From contig JBHGNT010000005.1 in the NCBI GenBank assembly GCA_043228905.1, forward strand, positions 6,634,001 to 6,698,000: a DNA stretch of 64,000 nucleotides. Direction: 5' to 3'. A program made the position numbers and the translations under genes. Below the pieces are notes generated by a model. That model was given only the letters and a program-made list of their open reading frames with translations, searched no databases and was not told the origin of the DNA. The DNA is from Azolla caroliniana (taxonomy: Eukaryota; Plantae; Polypodiophyta). This document shows, piece after piece, positions 51,627 through 64,000 of the stretch; position 1 is the stretch's first letter; every line of letters starts with the position of its first letter.

Positions 51627-54600
51627 CAGTATATACACATACGATGGGGCGAGTCTTCCGAGCCTGCATTGGAGTGCTTGTTCTGATGTGGTAGTATCCA
51701 CAACATGTCCGTTAATATCGATTGTGTAAGATTTTCCTTGTGTGGTTGGAAGACCTCTATTTGATAGAACAAGGAGATCCTCCTCATGAAGCTCCCTCCC
51801 ATTCACAAGGATGCTTGTGTCACCGCCACTACAATCTCTAGCAAGAGGGAAGTTGAGTTCTTCTATAAATGGCTGCAAAACAAAATGTTATTACATTTCC
51901 ATTTTCTTTTTTGTTTTCTCTATGGGAAAGTATTGGGACTATCTTGTTAATCTTATCTTTTATTTTTGGATATTAAACTTGTTAGGTTTCTAAGCAATCT
52001 TTATGTTGCTGCGGATAAAACTTACCGGAACAATTCCTAGACATGGACCACCCATTACACCCCAGAACCCTGCTCGATAGTCATACCTGTTGAAATTTAA
52101 GGTTAAAATGATATATCCTTATCTCTTGTTACACATGCACTCTCAAAATTGTTGATGCATCCTAATCTCTTATTAATTTCTCCTCAAACTATTAATGCAT
52201 CCTACTCTCACTGTAAAATTCACTCTAAAAAATTATTAGTGCATCCTAATCTCTTATTAATCTACTCTAAACACATCCTGGTCTCATGTTAATACATTCC
52301 CAAAATCCACCCTATTCCAATCCACTTTTCTCTAAAAAATGCATTCTAATCCCATTGTTAATGCATCCAAACCCCATGTCAATGCGTTCTAAATACATCC
52401 TAATCTCATGTTAATCCACTTTTCTCTCAAGAACGCATTTATTTTCACCTCAGGTATATCCACTTTCTTCTCTCAAGTTATGCTTCCTAATCTCCTGTTA
52501 AAAAGTATTCACTCTTAAAGCGCATCCTCATTTCAGAATCTTTGAAGAAGAAGAAGAAAGCACATAGTAAAGAGTTCTTCTAATTGAGCAAATCTAAGTT
52601 AGCGCATTCAGAGTAAAAAGAAAAGAAAAAAACAATCAAAAAAATACCAACCAATAAGTACCAGGATGCATCAATCCGGCTTGTGTCTCCACTCTTTTTA
52701 ACACCGTATCAGGTATGATGTGGCCATTCACCACCACCTTCCTTTGCCGATTACCATGTGTTTGTCCTACTTTTCCCAACTCACTGATACCTTTCCTTAG
52801 CAATCTTGCAAGATCCTTGGGCCCTTTGCTCACACCTCGGAAAGACGGTTCATCATTAGGAGAATTCACAATGTTATCAACATTCCTTATCTTATGATCA
52901 TGATTTGTATTTTTTTTATTCAAATCTAACATTGAATCATATGAAAGATGTCTAAACAATGGTGATCCAGGAGCTGGTGAGCATATTGATGAATCATTGT
53001 CATCCTCGGGAGCTCGTATCACATCGATTAGGTCTTGGCTAGATGCAATATGACAAGAATCATTGAAGAAATGTTCAATGAGAGGAGAGCCAGGTGGAAC
53101 TGCCAATGGTTCTGACTTAGTACGTGGTATAGTATCAGAGGTTATAGATCGTTTTTCCGTTTCCATTGTCTCAATTGATTCACTCAGGTTCTTTGTAGTG
53201 TAAGAACATCCATCAAATCCTTGCATTTCTCTACGATGGGTTCTCACCATGACCTCATCAGACTCTTTGTAAGTAAACCCATTTGCTTTCTGTTTCAAAG
53301 AGCTCGAATCTGATGGAAAACCAAAACCCGCAGCCATGTCATCCCTCATGATATCATTTCTTGTGAGATCATGTGAACCATGAGTGTCAAAGCTTCCTAC
53401 TGGGATAGATCTACTATTACTACTGTTGAAAGAGGGAGATTGAACATAAGCTCCATTGATAGCCCCACATACATTCCTTTGCATACCATCACCATCATAT
53501 TCACCATGCCTCCAATGCCTATCAAAAACTCCATGAGCTTCCAATATACTGGTTATAGGTCCAGACCCCATCTCACATTCTGGTTCACTACTTTTATGAA
53601 ACCCAAAAAGAATGCCATCCTTACTTCTATCTAGTTTCTCGTGCTGAAGATTAGAGCCAGAGTAGAATTGGTTTGTTCTATGAGTATAAAAAGAAGAATG
53701 CTCATTTTGGGCCAATCCTTCATCAAACCCATGAATATTGCGTGCTTCCTGAAAAACGTAGTTAGGTTGAGGTGCTTGTATTTGCTCGTCTTTTTTAGAA
53801 ACCTTTCTAAATGTTGGTGGATTTTTGTCACGTCCAACCACATTGAATTTTGATGTTTTCCCACAAGCACTACACTTGAGCTTTTGCAAGGCTTCCCTAA
53901 CATGGAGATGTGTGGGAACTTGAAGTATTTTACAGCAGTATTGACAAAGAACATAAGGAGAAGCACCAGGTCCAGGGAAGGGGGGATGCGTTCTCTCTTT
54001 TATTTGAAAAAGAGTCGAGTTTCCCATCCTCTTCATATGGCAGTACTCCACTTGATTTTGGTTGACTGGAATATTGCTCCTATATTGACGATGATGATAA
54101 TGATCATCATCATCATCCTGTGCCATTGATGATAGTTGAGAAATTTGTTTGCGTTGCTCATAGGGACTGAAATCATTTTTATGTGAAGTTGGCAATGGCA
54201 TCGTGTAACCATTTCGGTGCATTATATTCAACTTTTCACATGGAAATTTTGAGGAATCAGAACAATGTTGCTCATATGAAAGACCCTGGCAAATTGAGTC
54301 ATCACTCATTTCACAACTCTGTTCTTGATCATTTGTTGCATTCATGGAGTGTATCTGATGACTAAATGTTCTAGGCATGAAGTTTGCATCTTGATTCAGT
54401 AAAGAACCAGAATAGTTTATGTTGCTTCCTCGGAAATGAGAGGCATTTCCCTGGCTTTGAGACATTCTTAGGGAGGATTTCTGAATGTCATGCATATATG
54501 TCTTACCGTTCTGATAATAAGGAATACCCTGATCAATACACAAATCTTTAATAACGTTGCTTTTATTGGATTGGCAAAGACTCTTCTCTCTCCCAGCTTC

Positions 54601-55896
54601 TGATGTTGACTTTCTACATGATTTTCTCCATGAATCTTCATTCACTACAGCATCATGGATGAGCTTCACATCCATATTGTTAGTCTCACTGTCGTCCATC
54701 CCCAAATTTGATGATTGTTCACTCCCAGATACAAATGAGCCACTCAAGTAATAACCCTTCTTCTTGCTAACACCCATATCCTCTACCAAAGATGGGCATA
54801 CATTGTTTACTGATTCAATCCTAAAGCTCAACTCAGTTACATTATTACTACAATATTTAGAGTTTGTGTCTGAACAAAGCATTCTAGAGAAAGAAGAAAC
54901 TAGTTTCCTAGGATCATAATCATCATCCCCATCGTTATCATCATTATCGTCCTTTAGGTCTAATCTTCTTCTAATGTTTGTCCTTGTATCTGCATGAGAT
55001 TCTGATGCATCAGCCAATTGTCTTAACCAAGCATTTTCACCATGTCTTCTTGTATGATTAAATTTTCCATCTTTACTATCAACAACATGAGAATAGATCA
55101 TATCATGACGATTGTTGTTATTATTTAGTACTGTAGAGTTTTCATTCAACAAATCAGCCTCAGGTATATCCATGTTCTCAGCTGAAGACCATAAAGGAGA
55201 AAAAACTCCTGTTTCGGATCCAGTGAAAGAAGCTGAGCCAATACCAGAAAAATGTCTACCAAGATGATTACCCGAGCTCCCTGTACTTGCAATAGAAGAA
55301 TAAGAGGGCCTCCTATGAGAAGCATACAATGATGGTGATGAGTTATTGGTTTGGGACTCTTTTGGATTACCTTCATATGGCTTCTCAAGAAGTGCATTTT
55401 TGTGTTCATAAACATTTTGCCATGAAATACCTTCTTTGTGTCTATCAAATGTATTTCCTTCATCTATTCCATAAGAACCAATCTTAATATTGCTTCTACT
55501 AGATGCTTGATTTTCATCTGTTCCATTGGAAGAGGCAATAGTCATGTCCTCACATTTGAATTCACCATCAGGTGGTCTCACATGCTTCAGATTGATGCCA
55601 AGTCCGTGTCCTCTGCTATCCACTGAGGTATTATTGTTTGCTTGAGTTGGTCTATGTCTAGCTGTGAAATGACAGAAGTAAAGTAGAGTTATACCATAAA
55701 ACAGAGAAAGGAGAAAAAAATGAGACGTGGTGAAGAATGCACAGGAGATATTGTTTGCCTTACCCAAGAGAAGTGTAGAACAAGTAGAGCATTTATATAC
55801 TGCTGTCGAAGGCTCGGTGTGGAGCGTTGTGCATTTGGGACAACGAGTTCTTCTTGTACCAGGAGGAGGGAGAGTGATTGTTGTATTTGTTGTCAT
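51253..55896 (-). CDS. EDR4-like / extra-large-G-protein N-terminal-like zinc-ribbon protein, 5 coding exons
   Basis: The N-terminus has RCPKC...YKCSTCSTLL and the centre has GASPYVLCQYCCKILQVP...LKCSACGK. The C-terminal domain is assembled across exons as VVVNGHIIP...HPGTYW|YDYRAGFWGVMGGPCLGIVP|PFIEELNFPLARDCSGGDT...NGRELH...GRLAPS|MERRGRGYGM...C*. An in-frame 102-nt intron lies at 55763-55662. Confidence 0.88.
52150..52530. repeat. Degenerate intronic minisatellite
   Basis: Repeated 'atgcatcctaatctc..ttaat' variants. Confidence 0.7.
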
Positions 55897-56705
55897 GACA
55901 AATGCGTCTATTCCCTGCACAAAACAGACAAGGACAGGTGATGGTGATGGTGATGGAGATGGTGATGGTGATGGTGATGGTTATGGTGAACATGGTGTGG
56001 ATGATGATACAAAAGACTTCTGAAACAAGCTTCATGATGATGTTACTAATCATCACAGCCACTCGCAACACAAAATTTGCACTCATATGCAAAATGTGTC
56101 CTAGTCAGTGGAAGAAGATCTTTACAGAAATGCAAGAAGGAAAAAAAAAAAACAGAGTATTAAGAAAATGCAAATTATACCGGAGGAATTACTAAAACGC
56201 AAAAGGCAGAGCTTTTTACAAACAAATAAAAAATGTGATAAAACAACAACAGATTAATTGTATATACGCAAAAAGAGTGCTTGTAGTGATGCCCAAAGAA
56301 GACAGAGTATTTATAGAAATGCAAGAAAAACAGAGGATTTGTGGATATGGAGATGCTTTAGCTTACCAGAATCGGTTTGAAGAGATTTTGTCTGTAATTT
56401 TAGCTAATTGAAAGCTTGAATTAATCAGCTGGCAAAAAGAAATCAAATGCGAACCTGAGGCCTACTCGGAAACAACAAATCAACAGGGGAAGAAAGAAAG
56501 CAAATGAAAGCGAGAAAGAAGAAGCAAAAATACCTAGGATTTTCCATTGAGATTTAGCTTTAAAAAATCAGAGAAAAGGAGCAAGTGTGGATTTTATTTC
56601 TTCTTCTTCTTCTTCTTCTATGCTTCAATCAATTTGTCAGTGAAGAATTTTGTAGTTGTCTTTTTCTTGGGCTTCGATTAATGAAGATTTTGAGTTGTTT
56701 TCCTG

Positions 56706-56708
<3 letters not shown>

Positions 56709-56756
<48 letters not shown>
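56709..56756. repeat. (CT)n microsatellite in the 5' region of the EDR4-like gene
   Basis: About 24 perfect CT units. Confidence 0.95.
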
Positions 56757-56774
<18 letters not shown>

Positions 56775-58249
56775 GCTTTTTGCTTTTTGCTTTTTGCTTT
56801 TTGGGACAATGGAAGAAAACAAAAAGAAAAGCAGCAATATTGGAATAAGAGAAGAAAATAATAATTAATGATAAATAAATGCACGCTTGAGGAGGGGTAT
56901 TCTGGTAAATACCAACAAAGTGAAGGGTATGGAGGGGCTAGAGAAAACACCCCTAAGACCTCCCGACTTCTTGTGTTGGCACTCTCGCTAGAATTTACCA
57001 TTGCAGTTCTCTCAAACGGTCCATTGTAACCCAAGGAATTGAGTCATTGGAGAGCGTCACAATGTGGCCCTAATGCCCCTAGCAATAGCTAGAATTCCTC
57101 AAGTGGGCCATCTCGAGTGTATGGCATTTCTATGTTCATGAAATCTATCTTTATTATTGGTCGAGCTTTTGTTTCCATCCATGAAACAATAGGGGGCAAT
57201 TTCTGGGAAAACCGCCCCCGAAACGATCGGAATTTTGTTTTGTTTATGCTAGAATTCTTTCCCTTTACTAGAACATTTGAACCTGCATTTTGTATTTATT
57301 TTTTAAGTGGAGGAAGGCACCTTCTTTTTTACACTCTCTATCCATTGATGATAGTCGATGCTCATCGAAGGACACTCGAGTGCATTTATTACCCACACAA
57401 ACTTGATCACATGATTCACTCCATCATATGCATTGATGATAATCATTCAACTATAGAGAAACTTCATGGATCCCATGATCCACCCAAAGACCCTAGCATT
57501 GTCGTGTATGGATCCATTCCCTTGGATGATATCGAGACAATGGCAATCATCCATGGTCATGATGGGATCATTCAAAACTCCATGATGGATCACATGACCC
57601 AACATTTGACTTCAAGTTTCACATGCACATATGCATTTCCATGGGTGATGGAGTCCACAACCCTCATTGACACCTCAAATTTGTGTCTGGGAATTTTTCC
57701 CGTTAGTTAATCAATTGTTGTTCATTTGGCGTGCATGTTAAAACAGGTTTTACTTTAAAAACACCACAAATTTATGGTTATTGGCTAGAAAATTTATATA
57801 TTTCTAATGGATTTTCTTCCCTTTATATATGTCTTAGTTTGTAGTTAAATATTTCAACTACCATTTTAGTACTTCACTTTTCCTCTTGCATTCTTATCCC
57901 ATTCCAAACCAAACCCCATGAACCAACCAAACAATTAAACTTTCACATGTTCATATGCATCCGCATGAGTATCCTCAGTAATGATGATATGATCAATGGT
58001 CCTTATGAAACTTGTAATTCATCCATTACCTACTCAGTGAGGATATTGAATATATAAGTCTTGTAAATGAAATAGAAGTTTGGAAATTTGGTAAGATGGC
58101 AAATTTACTGACTTCTACCCAAGTTATGTACCTCATCCCTTCTCACCCCACATACATATGTTTGGAGATCATGAAACACATAACTAAGTTCACGTTAATT
58201 CTTTGTGTGCTCTCCATCCAAATTCAAAACTAGCAAGGATTATATTTCC

Positions 58250-60100
58250 CTTCATTGTAAGAATCGAAGAAGTGGAATATAAAAGTAAAACATGAATGTG
58301 GGCCACAATGTCCATTTGCTAGACTAATGTCTTGAAGGGCTATAATTCCTCGCTATCATGGACCACACAATGCAAATCCACTTTCATTGAATAACCTTTC
58401 AAATAACTCTCAACATTGTACTCCTCACCAAGAATCCAACCATCAAGTTTACTTGGTGTCTTTGATCAAGTGTTTTACTTTTTCGACCATTGATGTTTTT
58501 GGTGTGCAATGCTAGTAGTCTTTTCTTCCTATAAGTAAACTTGCTTAGGGTAGGTCACCAAATGTTCAGTTAGTCCAAATAAAGGTTTATGGTTAGGTCT
58601 AAAATGATATTCTTGAATCAAACCCTGTGCATATTTCCTCATTGATGCTTTGCATGACTAATCCACATCAAATTTTATAAGTGATGGCTTCGTAGAGTGT
58701 GATTTCTTATTTGTTGGGACCATTAGCCAATCTCCAATTATAGTTATTGCTTTGGATACCGTAGCATATTTTCAAACATTAAAGAGTACAACACCAAATC
58801 TCACAAATGTATGGGTTGCTAGATGAACGTCAAACTTCATTGCACATAGTCATAGTATTTCATATAGTTAAGCATGGCTTGACAATGTAGGATATCAAGC
58901 TACAAAAGGACATTGTAGGTTAAGGTTTTTGGTTATTATGTGTTGTTTCAACAGTTGTTATGAGAGTATACTTAACATCGATGAATATGGTGATTTAAAT
59001 GTCATGAAATAGTTTGAACAAATGACACCACACAAATTTCAATGGATGACAAGTATCGTTGCTTTGACAAGGTAGTAAGAAACCAAAACTTAGATCATGG
59101 GGGTAGTCAAGATGAAAGTAGAAAGGTGGGAAGGGATATTGCTTGCAAGTTGCAACCATTAGCACCAATGAATCATTTACATTTCCCTCGCCTCAAATCC
59201 CATTGTCGGTGCATATCCCTTTCCAACTCATTCATCGGTGAATCATTTCCAAATCCTTTGGTACTCATTTTAGATTCATGTTAAGGTGTATTCCACTAAG
59301 ATTTTTATGCAAGTGTGAGATATCATTTGCCTTGACAATTTTATTTTTAAATGGAGGATGGGCATATGATTATTATATTTGTTACACTACCCACAAAATA
59401 TTTATATACTTAATTGGAGAAGTTGAAAAAAAATAGAGGTTGAAAGTGTTGATAAATGATGCTCTCATTAGGTCCATTCACCATTATGCATTGTTTCTTA
59501 GAATGGCAATTTATTCAACTTTGCGCAAATTAGTATGTCGAAGAGATAATAGTGCAAAGGCACCATTCACCAAGGGATTGTGTAAGTACCTTATGAACTT
59601 CTTATAACATAGCACATACAATCCAACTTACATGGTGCATTTCTTAAATTGGATTTCACTATTCAATATTCTGATTACTAGGGTATAAAGTTTGAATGGT
59701 TTCAACTACATACATGTAATTTATTAGTACTAAACAATAGGGGCATTTGGGTGAGTGATCAGGTACAACAAGCGATGCAAACATTGTTCACAAGAATAAA
59801 TTTGGAAATCCCACGAATATCGATACCAGCATGCCATGAAAATGACTTTTTGGAAGTACGAATGAACATATGTTATTTATGAAATACCACTTTGGCAAAT
59901 TGTGTACAACTTGAACATTCTTGGGAAGAGCAAGAATGGGATGACATTGATTGGGTGTCCACATTTACAGAATATGCAATTGTATAAACAACAATGTTTT
60001 AACCCGGAGAAAAATATTGTGAAGGTGTCATAGTTGACACATTTAGTTCCCGAACTTTGAGAAACATAATAGAATGATTTCTCAAATGGCATAATAATAG
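58250..60100 (-). mobile_element. Decayed Ty3/gypsy integrase to chromodomain remnant
   Basis: Broken minus-strand frames resemble integrase core segments (e.g. 'PLV' in the LPLxEF block at ~59570) and a chromodomain-like 'EEYNVES' at ~58420. Confidence 0.35.
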
Positions 60101-61289
60101 AGAAACTAGAATATGCTGGAAATTTTGATATATGGATAAATTATTATTTTCAAAAACTAATGTAGTCAATGTATGCCTAATAGTTTTAATTAGTTTATCA
60201 ATGATATTGTAGCTTAATCTAATATAAATAGTATACCTTACTTATGAAGCGTTTAATTTATATAGTTGACATTAATTGATTATGAGAACAACGAGAAAAT
60301 TACCAAGAGCATTTCTTGTATGATGTAAAACATGAAAACCTAGAAATATTCTTGACATTTAGATGGAGTGATACATGTTTTTTGCTTTGGGAGCTAGAAT
60401 GTGTATGTAGTTCATGTGTGGGTAGTTTTTGTGTTTGCTACTATTAGGACTATTAAAAAAGAGAACTTGCATTGTAATTTGTTATTGTGATATGGCCCGA
60501 TAAGATTGATTTGTAGAGACGAGAAGGTCATGTGTTCAACCTAGACGTTTTACCATGGCATACATAAAAAAATAGGTCCAATAAAGAGGTATGGAAGTCA
60601 AAGCTTCAATCCAAGCCCTCATGGTTGCAGTTTAAAACCTTTTTCTTGATTCACTCTAAAGGGTTGTGTGATCTTGCAATGTTCTGTGAGCCATTCCATT
60701 CTAAAAATAGTATTCTAAGTTTTGAACAGAGAAGTATATGTTGCTTGAAGTTTTGTTGTTTCAATACATATGTCTTCATGTTATTCCATGTCTTTGTACT
60801 CCAAATATAACATTCCATTAAACGAGATTACTGAACATTTCTAAGTTAGCTAGAATGTAGGCAAGAATATGATCCACGATCGTGGATTGGATTAAATGAA
60901 AAAAACATATTACATTCCACAAATTGGATGAATCCATAGTTTAGGATTACGATCAATGTCATGTATTGCTTCACTAAACACAAGGGCTCGTCTTTGAATT
61001 GTCTACAATGTCAGGGACACTAAAGATACTATATGATTAATTTCTTTGTTTATTCTATATGTATCTTGCTTCTGCATAGTCTAGGAATTTTAATTGATGT
61101 CATTCAAAAAAACATAGGAGTTAAATTTTATGTCATCAGGATGCCCAAAGCGTTACCATTTTCATCTTCTATTTATGTCACTGGGATGCCCATCACCTAT
61201 ATCATGCAATGAACTTTTATGAAAGTAATTTAAGAGAATGAGTTTATGATTGTCACAATGAGATGTTGTATAGGTTTGTCTCATATTTG

Positions 61290-61715
61290 CAAATTTGGAC
61301 CGAGGCCCATAAGTATTGGATATAAAGCAAATAATTTGGACAACAAAGTCTAATGATGTTGATAAACTCTCATATAATAGCAATAATAAATTGCAATATG
61401 GTATTATGCAATGAAGGCATGGTAGAGGATGAATGTCACTTGTTCTTCACATGCTCGACATATAGTGCAATTCGTTCAAGATATGTTGACATACCAAGAG
61501 GGAGTAATAACTTAAGTGCCATACTTAATACACCACTGAGAAGGTTGAGCTCATATGTGTATGCTTTATTCACACATAGAGACTTTGTGCTTCAATGTAT
61601 GAATACCCCTTCTTAGGAAGGAGACACATATCAAGAACACATGTATACTCTGGTCCCATTGGTCAAAATTGGCCTCTTTATGGACGATAAAAATTCTAAT
61701 TCTAATTCTAATTCT
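61290..61715 (+). mobile_element. 5'-truncated LINE 3' end (RTE-X/L2-like) with a short tandem-repeat tail
   Basis: ORF 61353-61616 has LCNEGMVEDECHLFFTCSTYSAIRSRY, a CCHC-type C-terminal knuckle. A 3' UTR follows, ending in (AATTCT)4 at 61692-61715. Confidence 0.7.
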
Positions 61716-64000
61716 CTATGTTAACAGACAAAATTATGTCAATTAATGTGTATGAAAAACAGTACATTAGTACCGCAATTGAGTTGATGTCACTACTACA
61801 TGAGCAGTGGGACATGTTGAATTGACAATAAACAAGAAGAACACTCCATCGATGAAAGAATTTCGACTTAATCAAATAAAAAAAGCACCACATCTCTCTC
61901 AAAAGTAGTTCGTATATTAAAATAATTATGACTCATGAAGACAAGATGCCCATAGACTTGGTTGGGACTTGGAAGTTCTCTTGTTGTTCTAGGTAACTTT
62001 GTGGTACCACTCCACGCGGACTAAAAAATACAAACTTGTTTTGCATCCCTCAATTGTACCATAGACCCTCTACCTAGGGTAGTCAAAGTGTTGGGTTTTT
62101 GAACAAAAGCCTATTCTCTCTTTCTCTTTCGTACTCCCCTTCATTGTTGTTAAAAAGAACACGCCTTGTATTACCTTTATTTTGTTTTTTTGTTTTTTTC
62201 CAAAACCACCTTGTATTACCTTTAGTTTGTTTTGTTCCAAACTTGAATCATATACTTAGGAAAAGACTTTGAAATACCTATGCCTTGTTCTTTATTTTCC
62301 CCTAACGCCCATAAGTATTTGTTGTTTCCCCTAATGTTGTTAGTCTAACATGAAAAAGCAATTATATGTGCTATTTGAGTAGTTACATGATTAAGTAATC
62401 CACTTTTTTTCTCAATTCTATATGTGCTATTTGAGCATTTATAATGTTGATGATCTTATTCACTTTTCATCTCTTTTGACGTTGAACAGGTGCATTTGGT
62501 AAAACAAAATAACATTGGGGTATTTAGGAAAATAACAAGTAATATAGAGTTTTGTTATGTATGCATAACATATTTGAGGGTAGGTCATTAATATTTATGA
62601 AACATAAGTGAAGGGCATGTTCACTAATGTTAGAAAGGGACTAATATTATTGTATCGAGGGAATGATAGGTGTGTGTAATATCATGATTTTGACAACCAA
62701 TGGATGGAAAATCTTTTAGAAAAGCACATCTATTCAAGAGGCATAGGAAGAAGCATAGAATGAAGTTATGAAGCATTTGCATTCGAGAATGATTTCAATC
62801 AAACGTGTATGATAAATCATCTCAAAGTTGGATTGGAATTATAAGTTGGACAAAAAAATAAAGATTGGAATTTCAAAAAATCACTATGGTCTATATTATA
62901 TATTGATTGAATCAAATGTCAACACAATTGAAAGTTCAAAACTTCGGAATTACTTAACTACTAAATATTAGAAAACACGAACATAAAAATCAAATAATTC
63001 AAAGACATAATTGTATTGATGATGAGCTCATCTTGCAATTATCGATGTTCTCATCTCACAACTAGTGAAGGTATCAATTTCTTCACTTTAGAACTTTACA
63101 AAAAAATGAGTATGAACTATGTATAGAGATTGAATCAAAATATGTCATTATAAAATATAATCAAATGTTCAAAAACTCATAAAACATATATTGGAGAATA
63201 TGAAGAAAACATGACACCAAAGAGAGAGAGAGGGAAAGGTGAGAAAATGAGGATTTGAACCCAAGACATACACGACAAAAGCTCGACAACTTACCACTAG
63301 GGTGAACTAAACCCTAATAATGAAAAGCCAAAAAACAAAAACAAAAAAGGAATATGTATTTCTCTTTTCAAACCTTCGTTTCCAAACGTTTGTATGGTTG
63401 CACGAACACGTTTATTACGTTCTATAAGAATTATAAATACGAGGTCTAGCTGTCCTCGTAAAACACATCATGTTAGAAGGCTGAAGTCTTGAGACACAAT
63501 AGTGCAAGCTAGGATTTCATCATGATGATCGTGTTACCTCTTACAAGGAATTGGTTATCCTAATATCCATCAATATAGGATGTCAATGGTAGGTTGGCCA
63601 TGTCTTGAACATAGCTCAGGCATGGTCGGGAGGATTAGGTTCTTCTATCCAATATATTCACCTTTCTTTTACTTCAATTTGGTCTATTGATTAATAAGAG
63701 ATTCTTAGTAAGTTACCCCTATATTTTATGACATGATTTGTGTTTTGATGTTTCCACAGACTTACAATTTATGAATAGTGCATGCATTCATTTGTATGTT
63801 TCTTGAATGAAAGAATATTGATTATCAAATGGGATTCACTTCTTTTTTACTCAAAGATCATGTCATGCTTATGTTGATAAAATCAACTTACCCCATATCA
63901 TTTCTTGTCTACTCAAATTGAAAGGCATGTGTAAGTTCATAAAGAGGATTGACTTCGTATAAATTATTTTTAACTTGAACTTCACATCATGCTCAAGTTG

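Noticed and set aside
57117-57710. 197-aa ORF
   Set aside because: It has a GTG start, no recognisable motif and composition typical of decayed repeat DNA.

Overview
AT-rich, repeat-rich land-plant nuclear DNA with GT-AG introns and many microsatellites; possibly a non-seed plant such as a fern, which is a weak inference. Five host genes are supported: an intronless IBH1/UPBEAT1-like atypical HLH gene (12032-13045, +), an intronless Rer2/DHDDS-type cis-prenyltransferase (21526-22563, -), a multi-exon ULP2/SPF-type SUMO protease (about 25676-34576, -) with two TSD-flanked solo LTRs in one intron, an intronless LRR receptor-like protein (45752-48367, -) and an EDR4/XLG-N-like zinc-ribbon gene (51253-55896, -). 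The main structure is a near-intact ~7.76 kb TIR DNA transposon (35515-43277). It encodes a Mutator-superfamily DDE/SWIM transposase broken by a single 1-bp frameshift and a spliced zinc-finger + Ulp1 (C48) protease gene. It carries about 30 copies of a GGTCACCCAACC motif at both ends and internally, shows no visible target-site duplication, and sits immediately upstream of the host SUMO-protease gene. The rest is decayed LINE/LTR fragments and local tandem repeats. All exon models and family calls were made by eye without database searches.
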